From Mobula hypostoma (taxonomy: Eukaryota): 64,000 nucleotides of DNA. The notes under the pieces were generated by a model. The model had not been told where the DNA came from, made no database searches, and was given only the letters and a program-made list of their open reading frames with translations. Positions 1-12,700 of this stretch are shown here, piece by piece (within the stretch, counting starts at the first letter, position 1; every line of letters begins with the position of its first letter). The DNA lies in the NCBI RefSeq assembly GCF_963921235.1, contig NC_086097.1, positions 182,344,001 to 182,408,000 on the forward strand, written 5' to 3'. The position numbers and the translations under genes were made by a program.

Positions 1-2382
1 CGGCTGATGCGGGCAGCGTCCTGTGCTCTCTGCTGGACTAGGGCTGCACCAACCTCTGAGTCAGAGCTGGACACGCAGGAGCGGCTGAGAAGGCAACATG
101 GATGTCTGGAGGGGCTCAGTACTGTGGGCAGAAGGGTGGTTTTGGGGCACTGGGGTGGCACTGTCCCACCCACAACCTCCCCCCTCCCCCAGTAAAGGGT
201 GCAAGTCACTGAGGAGCGTCGGGGCTCACTCACCGACACTGTAACATGGGGGGTGTGGGGGAAGAGGCTGAGAGAGAGGTGGGGGCAAGGCTGGGTGACA
301 TAGGGGAGAATGACTCAGTCCAGAGAGATAGGACACAGCTGGGGTTACCTTGGGCGTGAAGGGGTGAGTTCTGTTAGACCCTGCTACCCTCCCACTTGCA
401 AAGTCCAGGGTTCTCCGTGAACCCACCCCAGCCCCAGATGCCATGCTGGAGTCTCCCTGGTACACTCCATCCACTCAAAACGGGTCAGTATGGTGGAATC
501 TATTACCCCTCACCCCACTCACCATCCTTCCCCCATCGATACCCCCCCCACCCTGAACTCCTACTATCCTCTCCTTCCTGCTGCCTGTGTGGGGTTGGGA
601 CTCCTCCATCAGTGACCTGATGACCACTCTGTGGTTGGTGAGAAGAACCACACCAAGCAGGTCAGTCTATGTTCTACCAGGGCAGGGTGATGTTAGAGAC
701 AGTGGCTCAGAGACACTCAGGACATCCTGCTCCTGTCCCTGTGAAAGAGCCTCTGGCACCAGTCTGCCCTGGGCTGTTTTTGTGCAGTTTGTCAGTGACA
801 CCGGCACTGCGTGCGAACAGTGACACTCACTCTGCACACTTGCTGTAGAATCTCAGTACTCGTCCTGCACGGGCTTGTGCCCAGTGCACACCTATGCCCA
901 CTCTCTTTGAACACCCATTCTACAGACATTACGCAGCCATTTTGAATGCTTATTCCACACGCACGTTGCAAACTCGCCATGCACGCTCAGTGACGTGGTG
1001 AAGCCAGTGGAGGACACAGACTTGTTTTCCTCTGCTATGGACTGCAGGATGAATCAGCTGGCTGCTGCCCCTTTCTCAGCCCAAGTTCTTCACCCACGCT
1101 GCACACCCCTTGATCAGCTTGTGTCCTCCAACTTTCTGCACCTGAGTGTGCTTAGGGGAGTGCAACGGTTAATGAGGAGCGAGAGTGATTGCATGAACAA
1201 AGTTTGAAACATTAGAATGAAGAATAATTAGTCAAATGCTTCAATCAGGATCAAGATACTTTGAATTAATTTACAGCCCCAGAGTAGTCCCCTCCCTTAA
1301 TCTCTGGCTGTGCCTCAATCTTCCTTGGGGTGTGAAGGGATATTTCCTTGTGCCCGTGGGGTTATCTCTCCCAGGCTCAACCGTCTCACCTTGAGAGGCA
1401 GCACCTTGCCCTGTGGGCTGTACCCTGCTCTGCCCAAGGGTGTAAACTCCTGGCATAGACACTGCCAGTGGGACAGAGCTTGGACAGACTGCCCAGATCC
1501 AAGCAGACACCCAGCAGCTAGATCGGGCATTTCTCTGGGGTCTGACATCACTGGGTACAAATACTGGCAGATGCAGAGGTGCCACACCCTGGAGTGAATG
1601 TCTGGCAGTCGGCTCTAGGTACAAATACAAATGAATTATTGGTGTGGGTACAGACACTGCCTGGCCTTGGAAAAGGCCACCCAGCCACGGGGTCAGTGTG
1701 GGTACGGACGCTGTCCAGCAATACGATGTGGTGGTGCCATTACAGGGAAGGAGATCTCCTAGGTTGATTACCCCAGCCCTATAATCACACTGCTGTCCAT
1801 TCACTGGCCCATGCGGGTCATTGTGTAGCACCTCGTTATGTGTTCCACCTCACCCCCCCCTCCACTCGGCCCACTACTTGTGCCCATCCTGCCACAGTGC
1901 TGGTTCAGTCGCCAAGTCCTTTGCCAATGCTGCCCTCTTCTAGTTATACCTCAGCTGCTGGATAGATTCTGGGTGTCAGGGCTCCCAGGAAAAGAGAGTC
2001 AATGCTGTTGAAGTCAACACAGTAACCTGGGGGTCGTCTTTCTCTACCCCCTCCCCCCTTCCCCTTCCCCTTCCCATCATTCCTGGACCATGGTTAAGGG
2101 TGGGCTAATCATAGTGAATTGTCTGTTAACTCTCTTCTGTCTGAATCAGTCACCGTTAACAGTTGTGGATGAACTTGCACCCAAATACTGTGTGTGAGCT
2201 TCTGTTAACCCTTCAATCCTCTGGTTTTTATTCCAAGGCAGCGTGATATACTGGAATCATCGTACAAAACACTAAAATCTCTTACACTTTAGAAATTAGT
2301 TTGGTATTACCGTATTTAAACATCACTCACCATAACGGTACTTGTGTATAATATGTATATTCGAAATATTTATATTTCCGGC

Positions 2383-2465
2383 TGTAAATATTGTTTGGAT
2401 GTGCTGTGTTCAGTTTTTGCTCTATGCTTGGACAGTTCTGACATATCCATACACAGCGTAATAAA
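2383..2465 (+). terminator. Plus-strand 3'-end signals of an upstream convergent gene (TGTAAATA 2383-2390, AATAAA 2460-2465)
   Basis: AT/TG-rich tract with several TGTA motifs then AATAAA, at the end of about 2.5 kb of repeat-free DNA. AGAP3 lies convergent to GBX1 in human, but no coding match is visible here. Confidence 0.55.
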
Positions 2466-3199
2466 ACAGCAGCTGTGCTCAGTTCCCGGGGTGACCCCAC
2501 AGCCTCTGTGTCCCTCTCTCACACACTCAAACACTTTTGTTTGGAGATGGAAAGGGTTTCTGTCCCAGTGAAGGAGGGTTAGGCAGTGGAGCTGTTCACA
2601 GAAGGAGAGGTCAGCAGGGAGTGGAGCTTATAGACTGAGATCTGATGAAATTCCAGCCCATTGCAAATGAGTCGGTAAACTCTGGGGAGGAAGTGAGTGG
2701 GGCTGCCTCATGTGCAGCAGTGAGGACTGAGGTCTGATTAAGTGAGGCTGTACTCGGAGGACAGTGTTGAACAAGCAATCCTAGTGGGCAGTGGCTGGTG
2801 CTCGGTGCATGGGAGGTTAAAGGCAGGGGTCCAGTCAACTGATACAATACCTATACTTTGTATACATCACTGCATTTCCCATGCATTCAAGTGGTGGAAC
2901 TCAGTCACACGGGTTCTCAATGGGGGAATAAAGAGCTAAACAGGAGCCTGGATTGTGAAGGGTTGTTTGTCAGTGTCTGGCATTACTTAGTAAATGTTTC
3001 CATTGATTTTATGTCAACTCCCAACTCATTCTTTCAGGAAGATGTTATGTTGAGTAATCATGATCCCTATCCACTACCCTTAACATTCTCTTCCTCCATC
3101 ACTGGGGCACCATTGCTGCAGTGTGCTCCGCTCCAAGAGAAGGGCAGCTTCCACTCCAACTCACACAGCATCCTGATGGGATAACATGTCATGAGTGCA

Positions 3200-3995
3200 G
3201 TTCTGGTTGCCCAGCTGTAGGAGAGATGTCATTCAGCTGGAAAGAGTGCAGAGATGATTCTAAAAAGCTTGAGTTATCAGAAGAGACTAGACAGGCTGGG
3301 ACCATTTTCCATGGAGTGAAGGAGGGTGAAACATGACCTTGGATGCTTATAAAATCATGAGGGACATAGATAAGGTGAATGGTTACAGTCTTTTCCCAAG
3401 TGTAGGGGAGTCAAAAATTACAGAGCATAGGATTAGACTGAAAGGGGAAAGATTTAAAGGGGAACTTTTTCCAGAGAGCATATATGGAATGAGTTCCTCA
3501 TAAACACAAGAGATTCTGCAGATGCTGAAAATCCAGAGTCATATACAAAATGCTGGAGGAACTAACAAGTCAAGCAGTATCTATGGAAAGGAATAAATAT
3601 GGACGTTTCAGGCCAAGACCCTTCAGTAGGACAAAAATCATATGGAGTAAGCTGCCAGAAGAAGTGGCAGAGGTGAGTAAATTGCAGCATTTAAAAGACA
3701 TTTGGACAGTTGCTTGGATAGAAAATTTTAGAGGAATGTGGGTAAATGGAACTGGCTGAGGAAGGCACCCTGGTCAGCATAGACACATTTAGCAAGAAGC
3801 TTCTTCATTTAGAATACAGAATGAGCTGCCCTGGAAGTGGTAGATGAAAGGTCAATTGTAAAGTTTAAAGAAGTTTGTATAGTTACGTGGATGAGAGTGA
3901 TTTGGAGAGAGATGGTCTGCATTCAGGACTAGGTAAGATGATCAGGTCAGCATAGACTAGATGGTTGAAAGGCCTGTTTCTATGCTGTACAACAC
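3200..3995 (+). mobile_element. Old CR1 3' fragments interrupted by a short Penelope-derived copy (about 3498-3632, minus)
   Basis: CR1 end motifs (gctgccagaagaagtgg, ggcctgtttctatgctgta). The insert carries ctgcagatgctg...tgctggaggaact...gacgtttcaggccaagacccttc. Confidence 0.75.
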
Positions 3996-5017
3996 AATGC
4001 CTATTTTCACTCACACTACTCTTCAACAGTCTGGCTTAAGGAGCACCCTCATCACTGGCACTGTGTCAAGGCAAGGATGAGATGCATTACCAGTTCCTGT
4101 GGGCATGTGGAGAAGGTGAGAATGTTCTGGGATTTGTGAGAAGATGGCAGAGTGACCCAGGAGTTGGACATGCATGACCAGGTCTGGGTGATTCTGGCTT
4201 GGAACCAGACTGTTCATTGTTATTCTGTCACCTGCACTGGTAACACAGACATTTTCAGTGATTACAGATGCTCAAATTTGCTTCTTATAAATGGAATTTT
4301 ACAGCCTTTGCGCCCATGTTAGCTACAGACTCAAGTGGTCAAATTGCCAAAACTTATCATCTTCAACCACATATCTCATGTTATTCAGTCTTAGAGCAGT
4401 GCAGCCCTGATTAAGGCCCTTTGGCCCAACTAGTCCATGCTGACCATGGTGCCTCCCCAACTTCCCTCAATTAGCCCATATCCCTCTAAATCCCACCCCT
4501 CCACTACCTATCCTAGTGCCTCTTAGATGATATTCTTGTTCCTGCCTTAACCACTTTGTCTGGCAGTTCCTTCCATATACTCTCCACCCTATGTATGTAA
4601 AAGGTTGCCACTCAACTCTTACCCTGAATCTATGCCACCTAATCTTGGACTCCCCTACTCTAAGGACTTACCGTCCACTTTATCTATGCCTCTCACATTT
4701 CTAAACATAGGGCCACCCCTCATTCTCCTGAATAAAGATCTAGCCTGGCCAACCTTCTTAAAACTCAGACCCTCCAGTTCTGGCAACATCAATTCTTTTC
4801 TGCACTCTTACAAGTTTAACCATATCTTTCTATAACAGGGTGGCCAACACTGTACACAGAATTCCAAGTGTAGCCTCACCAATGACTGATGAGTGCCAGT
4901 GTGCTTAAAGCCCTTTTCACTGCCCTGTACATAGGACATCACTTTCAACAAACTATGTACTTGCACACCATGTTACTTTTTCATTACATAGCCTACTACC
5001 TTACCATTCATATTACA

Positions 5018-5117
5018 AGTCCTGAAGAAGGTTCTTGGCCTGAAACATCAACTGTACTCCTTTCATAGATGCTGTCTGGTGTGCTGAGTTCCTCCAGCAT
5101 TTTGTTTGTGTTGCTTG
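5018..5117 (+). mobile_element. Short Penelope-derived element starting at a hammerhead motif
   Basis: agtcCTGAAGAaggttcttggcctGAAACatcaact...gatgctg...gctgagttcctccagcattttg. Confidence 0.8.
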
Positions 5118-6206
5118 TAAGTCTCCCACTGGTTTGACTTTCCAAAATGCATCACCTCACATTTACCTGTATTGAAATCCATTTGCTACTCACAGCCAAC
5201 TTCCCAAACTGATCAAGATCCCCCTATAATCCACAATCTTCACAATCAACACCACCTAATTTTGAGTTAACTGCTGATTTACTGATCAGCATTGTGTATT
5301 TACATCCAATTTATATAAATAATGAATAATGGGTCCCAACACTAACCCCTGTGACACAACACTGGTCGTCAGCTTCCATTCTGTGAAACAACTTTCAACT
5401 ACCACCCTCTGCTTCCTACATCTGGGCCAATTTTGAATCCAAGCTAGCACTCTGTGGATTCCATGGGACCTAATCTTCTAGACCAGCCTACCATGCAAGA
5501 CCTTGCTAAATTCCAAATAGACAACATCCACTGCTTTACCCTCATCTGCCTTTTTGGTTACTTCTTCAAACAATCTAAGATGTTGGTCAAGAACAATTTT
5601 CCAAGCACAAAGCCATTATCTCCTCCTCATCAAACTGTCTATCTAAATGTTGGTAGATCTTGTCCCTCTGAATTCTCTCCAGTAACTTTCTCATTACTGA
5701 TGTTAGGCTGATTGACCTGTAGTTCCCAGGCTTGTCCTTGCTACTCTTCCTAAACAGATCAGCATTAGCCACTTTAGCAGCTTCACCGGTGGCTAACAAC
5801 AAAGCAAGTATTTCCAGGTCAAGCCCTGAGGATTTATCCAACTTAATGAACTGTAAGACTGCAAATACCCCTTACCTGCCAACGTCAGTGTTCTGCAACA
5901 TATCTTTGATTCTTATCCCTTTAACAACCATGATTTTCTCCTAAGTGCTGAAGAGATGTATTCATTAAAAATCTCACCCATCTCCTGAGGCTCAAGTTAA
6001 AGGAGGCCCTGCTGATCAATAAGGTGACCTACTCTCTCCATAGTCACCATTTTAATATATAGAGCCTCTTGGGATTTTCTTTAACCTTACCTGCCAGATC
6101 CATCTCATACCCTCTCCTTGCCCTCCTGATTTCCTTAAGAGTATTCCTGATCTTTTTTTATAGTCAAGGAATTTGCTTGATCCTGACCTCCTAAACTTCA
6201 TGTATC

Positions 6207-6760
6207 TTCTATGGAAAAGAGTAAACAGTCAATATTTTGGGCCGAAACCCTTGATCAGGACTGGGAAAAAAATCGAGAAAAATCAGAGTAAGAACGTGGA
6301 GGGAGGGGAGGAAGTACAAATTGGTAGGTGACGGGTGAAACTAGGAGGGGTGAAGTAAAGAGCTGGAAAGTTTATTGGTGAAAGAGGTAAAGGGCTGGAG
6401 AAGGGGGAATCTGAAAGGAGAGGGTGGAAGACCATGAAAAAAGGGAAGGGAGAAGCACCAGAATGGTGATGGGTAGGTAAGAAGATAAGGTGAGGGGGAA
6501 ATGAGAATGGTTGGGGGGGGGAGAAGAGTTGTGGAGGAGAACAATTACTGGAAGTTTGTGAAATGGGTGTTCATGCCATCAGGTTTGAGGCTTCTCAGTT
6601 GTAATATGAGGTGTTACTCCTCCAACCTGAGTGATGAAGGGTCTCATCCTGAAACTTTGACTGTTTACTCTTTCCCATAGATGCTGCCTGGCTGCTGAGT
6701 TCCTCCAGCATTTTGTGTGCGTTGATTGGATTTCCAGTGTCAGCAGATTTTCTCTTGTTT
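6207..6760. mobile_element. Penelope-like element with an inverted junction (minus 6207-6632, plus 6632-6760)
   Basis: The minus part includes GIY-YIG C-terminal coding remnants (LRLEE..I..L....PDGMN) and the terminal repeat. The plus part repeats the terminus. Confidence 0.8.
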
Positions 6761-7024
6761 GTATATCATTCTCTTTTGTTGACCAGAGCTTCAATATCTC
6801 TTATCAGATAGGTTCCCAAACCTGCCAGGTTTACCCTGCACTTTAACAGGGACGTGCTTCCCTTGGATTCATGATATCATAGTCTTAGAAGCCTCCTGCT
6901 TGCCATTCATTCCTTTCCCTTTAAACAAGCTTACCCAATTGATCTCTGCTAGATCTTGGCTAAATCCCTCAAAATTAGCCCTGATCCTGTGGATTTGTCC
7001 CAACCTTTTCCATCACTATCTTAA

Positions 7025-9150
7025 GGGAGCTTAAGGTAAAGGAATACTTAGGGGTTGGTGATGATATGATAGAATTCACCCTGCAGTTTGAGGGTGAGAA
7101 ATCAGATGTATCAATATTACAGTGGAGTAAAGACCAGTTAGCCAGATTTTAGTTGATAAGATGTTGGAGCTCATTATTAAGGATAGAGCTTCAAAGTAAT
7201 TGGAGGCACATGATAAAATAGGCTGAAGTCAGCATGGTTTCCCTAAAGGGAAATCTTGCCTGTCTGAATTCTTTGAGGAAATAGTAGTCAGAATAGTCAG
7301 TGGATGTTGTGTACTCAGATTTTCAGAACATCTTTGACAAGGTGCTCCACATGAGGCTGCTAAACAAGTATCATAGGAAAGATACTCGCATGGATAGAAG
7401 ATTGGCTGACTGGCAGGGGGCAAAGAGTGGTAATAAAGGGGCTTTTACTGGTTGGCTACTGATGGCAAGGTGTCCACAGGGGTTGGTGTTGGGACTGCTT
7501 CTTTTCACATTATATGTCAATGACTTGGATGACAGAATTGATGGTTTGTGGACAATACAAAGATTGGTGGAGGGGCAGATAGTGTTGAAGAAGCAGTGAG
7601 TCTGCAGAAGGACTTAGATTGGGACAGTGGGCAAAGAAGTGATGGATGGAATATAGTATAGGGAAGTGTATGGTCATGCACTTTGGTAGAAGGAATAAAG
7701 GCATAGACTTTTCTAAACTGGGAGAACATTCGAAAATCAGAGGTATGTCGAGCATTGAGAGCCCTTTTGCAGGATTCCCTAAAAGTTAACTTACAGGTTG
7801 AGTTGGTGGTCAGGAGGGCAAATGCAGTGTTAGCATTCATTTCAAGAGGACTAGGATACAAAAACAAAGATGTAATTCTGAGGCTTGAAGGAACTGTCAC
7901 ACTGCACTTGGGGTATTTGAGCAGCTTTAATAGGTCGATACTTTCTTGCTTCCAAAGGAAATTAGTGTCACAGTAGAATTACAAGTGCAGATATACAAAT
8001 ATTAGAAGAGAAGAAAGAAAGAATAAAAAATAAGTTACCTCAAACAGTCTGACAAGAGGGGATCTTCACTTCCCCAGCGACAGGTTGACTCATTATAGAG
8101 CCTAATAGCCTCATATACTTAGTCTATTACTGAAAGTGCTCCTCTGTTCAACCAAAGTAGTATGCAGAGGGTGAGAAACATTGTCCAGAATTGCCAGGAT
8201 TGTCCGGAGGGTCCTTTGTTCTACCACAGCCTCCAGTGTATCCAGTTTGACTCCTGTAAAAGAGTCAGCCTTTCTAATCAGTTTATTGAGCCTGTTGACA
8301 TCACCCATGTTGATGTTATTGCTTCAGCACACTATTGCATAAAAGAATGTACTGGTGATAACAGATTGGTAGAACATGTGAAGGAGAGGACTGCATACTC
8401 CAAAGAGCCTTAGTCTGCTCAGGAAGTAAAAGTGACTCTGGCCCTTGTACACAGCTTCTATGTGAGTGCTCCACTCAAGCCTGTCATCCAAGTCCACCCT
8501 TGAGTACTTGTAGGTCCTCACCTTATCCACGTCCTCACCAGCAATAGTAACAGAGAGCAGTGCAGGCTTAATCTTCCTAAAGTCCATCACCATCTCCTTT
8601 GTCTCACTGACGTTGAGCTGCAGGTGATTCAGCTTGCTCCTCATCTAAGAAAGGATCTGCTTGCAGTGGAGATAGTCCAGAAGAGGTTCATGGAATGATC
8701 CTGGGAATGAAAAGGTTAACATATGAGGAGTGTTTGATGGCTCTGAGCCTGTACTTGCTGGATTTTAGAAGAATGAGGGGGTATCTCATTGAAACCTATA
8801 AAATATTTAAAAACCAAGATAGAGTGGATGTGAAAAGGACTTTTTCTATAGTGGGGAAGTCTAGGACCAGAGGGCACAGCCTCAGAATACAAGGGTGTCC
8901 CTTTAAATCAGAGATTAGTTTTATTTTAAAGCCAGAATCTATGGAATTCATTGCCACAGATGGCTGTGGAGGACAAGTCATTGGGTATATTTGAGGGGGA
9001 TCTTGACAGATACGTTATTAGAGAGGGCATCACAAGTTACACAGAGAAGGCAGGAGTATGGGGTTGAGTGGGATAATAAATCAGCCATGATGGAATGGCA
9101 GAGTAGACTCAATGGGATGAATAGCCTAATTCTGCTCCTATGGTTTATGG
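7025..9150 (+). mobile_element. CR1 LINE ORF2 and 3' end inserted into the older CR1 (TSD TCTTAA 7019-7024 / 9151-9156)
   Basis: DVVYSDFQNIFDKV, PQGLVLG and SRTRGHSL motifs, CR1 tail ctaattctgctcctatgg, and the TSD. Confidence 0.85.
7928..8629 (-). mobile_element. Rex1/Babar-group LINE 3' fragment nested in the CR1 (TSD CAGCTT 7922-7927 / 8630-8635)
   Basis: NHLQLNVSETKEMVMDFRK...FYQSVI...FYAIVC and RLNKLIRKA...SHPLH motifs. Confidence 0.8.
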
Positions 9151-12068
9151 TCTTAAACTAGTAGAATTATGGTCACTCAAGCCAAAATGCTCCCTGATTG
9201 CCACTTCTGTCGCTTGCCCTGCCTTCTTCCAGGATTGCAATGTTTTAAGTATTGACTTAGGTAGCTTTCCTCGATACAATTTCACATCATCCCTCATCCA
9301 AATCCTTAACTTTCTGGGTGCCCACTCATACAACCCTGCTTTCTTACAATGATGAGAAATTTCTCTATACACCTGTTCTTCAAATTCCCATTGACTATTG
9401 GGGTGGGGTGTGAAAAGTCTACAATACAACACCAGTAGAGAGGCCCACCCCTTGTTTTGAAGTTCTACCCAAATGGCCTCACTGGACCATTCCCCAAGAA
9501 CATTATCTCCAAGAACTGCTCCCTTATCAAAAAGGCTATTCCCTCCTCACTTACCTGTACCATCTGTATCCTGGAATACTGAGCTGCTTGTCCTCCATTC
9601 AACCTTTTTGTTCTTGCTACTCCATCCCAGTCTACAGAACGAGGCTTAACAGGGAATGCAAACAAACTCAAGTATTGAAATCAACTTGTTTTAATCGAGT
9701 ATTCCATTCCCTGTCTTTACTGTTTTCCTGGCCATCCTGGTTGCCAGGCTTGCTCTGATTGGCTGCTATTTTTTCCTCATAACTTGCTCTCCCTCTCACC
9801 CCCCTCCCCAATCTAATTGAAACCCTCCTGTATTGGATTAGCAAATTTCCTTGCAAGGACATTGGTCCCTCTGGTTCATGCAACCTGCCCCTCTTGTACA
9901 GGTCACCCCCTACCCCAGAAATTCCAATGGTTCAAAAACCTGCTCCCTGCACCAGCTCTTCAGCCACACATTCATCTTGCCCACCTTTCTATTTCTGGCC
10001 TCACTAGTGCATGGAACTGGGATTAATCCAGACATCACTACCCTTGAGGTCCTGCTTCTCAACTTCTTACCTAGCTCACTGTACTCATTCTGTAGTACCT
10101 CATCCCCCATTCTACCTCTGACATTTATACCAACATGTAGAACGACTCCTGACTGCTCACCCTGCCCCCTCAAGAAATTTTGCAACTGCTCAGAGACATC
10201 CTTGATCCTGGCAACACCACTTTGGTGCCTCTTCTATGGCGACAGTCTCCTCATTATCGTCTTCTATCACTGTCACCCTGTTTGACTACATTCCCCCCTT
10301 TCAGGCTCAGAACTGGTCACAGTGGCACCCAACTACTGCTGCTAGCCCCATGTAAATATACACATTTCAGGCTGTTTATCGATTACACCTCAGTGTTCAA
10401 AACCTGGGCCGGTACCACCTTCTAAAATTGAATCCAGTGTGGATCTCCTCAATGATAATCACCACAGATGCACCTCAGGGATGCATCCTCAGCTCACGGC
10501 TCTACACTCTACACTCATGAGTGTAGCGAGGCACAGCTTAAACGTCATCTGTAAAGTACCAATGATGACACTGTTGTTGGCAGAATCTCAGATGGCAACA
10601 AGCAGACATTCAGGAGCAAGACAGATCGGATGGATGGTGTCACAACAATATCCTCACACTCAATGACAGCAAGCCCAAAGAATTGATCGCAGACTTCAGG
10701 GAAGGGAAGTCAGGAGAAGACACACCAGTCCTCACTGAAGGCTCAACAGCGGAAAAGACGAATAGCTTCAAGTTCCTGGGAGTTAACATCTCAAGTGGAT
10801 CTATCCTGGGCTCAACATTTTGATTCAAAGGTTCATTTATTATCAAAGTATACAATTTTGAAATTCTTCAATTCTCTGGGTAACTATGAAACCAAAAATG
10901 AAATGAAAGGCAGCACGACTATCAACCCCCAAATCCCACCTCCCCACAAAAAAATGAACAGAAATGGTCCAGGCAGATAAAGCCCCCAAATCCCTCATCG
11001 CACACCAAAAAAACAAACAAAATGGATCAGGCACTTAGACCTCCAAATCCCTTATCCCGAACAAACAACAGATGAGGCAAAAAAAGAAAACCAATATAAA
11101 AAATAAGACTGAAAAGAGAAGAGTCCATTTTCCAAGTCCACATCCAAAATGCAGAAAAAGCCTGGGCAACACTGGGGGTGGAATGGCAGGCTCACCCCTC
11201 TCTGGTACAGAGCAACCAGCCAAAAGGCAAGCAAAAAGCATTCACCGTCCGCACTCGCTTCAATGCTTCCATCTCCCTCATCACTTTAATTGATGAACAA
11301 TGGCAAAATGGAGCCAAACATCAGCTTGCATCCCGTCCTGCAACCTGCCTGTTACGAAGTTTGCACACGCTGCCTCTGCCTCCCGGAATCCTCTCGGAGG
11401 CTGCAGAGTGCTGGAACACCCAAACAATCTCCAAACTTCCACACTTGTCTTGATGTCTCAATCACCCTCATTGCTTTAATTGGTGAACAGTGGAAGCTAT
11501 AATCGGCTCGCACATCATTCTGCAGCCTTCTCGCCATCGTAAAGCAATTATGATGCAATCACGACAGTCAGCAGCTCTACTTCATAAGGAGTTTGAGGAG
11601 ATTTGGTATATCACCAAAAACTCCTGTAAATTTCTTCCAATGTACCTCGGGGAGCATTCTGACTGTTTGCATTACTCCAATATACAGGAATGGAGAAGGC
11701 TGCAGATGGTTGTAGATTCAGCCCGTTCCATCACGGCACAAGCGTCCTCATCATCAAGGACATCTTCAAAAGGTGGTGCCCTATAAAGCAGCATCCATCA
11801 TTAAGGACCCTCACCCAACAGCACTTGCCCCCTTTTTGATATTAGCATTGGGAAGGTACAGGAACTTGAAGGCCTGCACTCAATATCAACATCTTAGGAA
11901 CAGTTTCTTCCCCTCCACCATCAGATTTCTGAATGAACCATGAACACAACCCCATTTGTCTTTTGCACACAAACAGGAGGAATTCTGCAGATGCTGGAAA
12001 TTCAAGCAACACACATCAAAGTTGCTGGTGAACGCAGCAGGCCGGGCAGCATCTCTAGGAAGAGGTAC

Positions 12069-12104
12069 AGTCAACGTTTCGGGCCGAGACCCTTCGTCAG
12101 GACT
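12069..12104 (-). ncRNA. Minimal type-I hammerhead ribozyme motif (Penelope terminal repeat)
   Basis: Minus strand reads AGUC-CUGACGA-A-GGGU(CUCG)GCCC-GAAAC-GUU-GACU: full catalytic core, 4-bp stems I and II, and an NUH triplet. Confidence 0.8.
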
Positions 12105-12664
12105 AACTGAAGGAAGAGTTAGTAAGAGATTTGAAAGTGGGAGGGGGAGGGGGAGATCCAAAATGATAGGAGAAGACAGGAGGGGGAGGAATGGAGCCAA
12201 GAGCTGGACAGGTGATTGGCAAAAGGGATATGAGAGGATCATGGGACAGGAGGCCCAGGGAGAAGGAAAAGGGGGAGGGGGGAAAAGCCCAGAGGATGGG
12301 TAAAAGGGGTATGAGAGGATCATGCAAAACCATGAACATTCCGCCATGAACAATGACTTCTCAAACTTCCGCTAATGCCCCACCTCCCCCTTGTACTCCA
12401 TCCATTATTTATTTATATACACACATCCTTTCTCTCTTTCCTCTTTCTCCCTCTCTCCCTCTCACTATACCCCTTGCCCATCCTCTGGGTTATTCCCCCG
12501 CCTCCCCCTTTTCTTTCTCCCTGGGCCTCCTGTCCCATGATCCTCTTTGCCTATCACCTGTCCAGCTCTTGGCTCCATCCCTCCCCCTCCTGTCTTCTCC
12601 TATCATTTTGGATCTCCCCCTCCCCCTCCAACTTTCAAATCTCTTACTAGATCTTCTTTCAGTT

Positions 12665-12700
12665 AGTCCTGACGAAGGGTCTCGGCCTGAAACGTCGACT
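12665..12700 (+). ncRNA. Minimal type-I hammerhead ribozyme motif, predicted cleavage after C12696
   Basis: AGUC-CUGACGA-A-GGGU(CUCG)GCCU-GAAAC-GUC-GACU. Confidence 0.8.

Larger units (their letters stand above)
4390..10250 (-). mobile_element. Near-full-length decayed CR1 LINE hosting nested insertions
   Basis: RT motif KDKPGNYRSISLTSVMRKLLE (5587-5841), endonuclease remnant (9145-9432), and ORF1 SGNH-esterase segment EQSGVVLHVGINVRGR...SRVVMSGLIPVP (9910-10185). The sequence joins across 7024/9151. Confidence 0.85.

Noticed and set aside
7..1831. ORFs of 62-186 aa at the window start as AGAP3 coding exons
   Set aside because: No resemblance to GTPase, PH, ArfGAP or ankyrin sequence.
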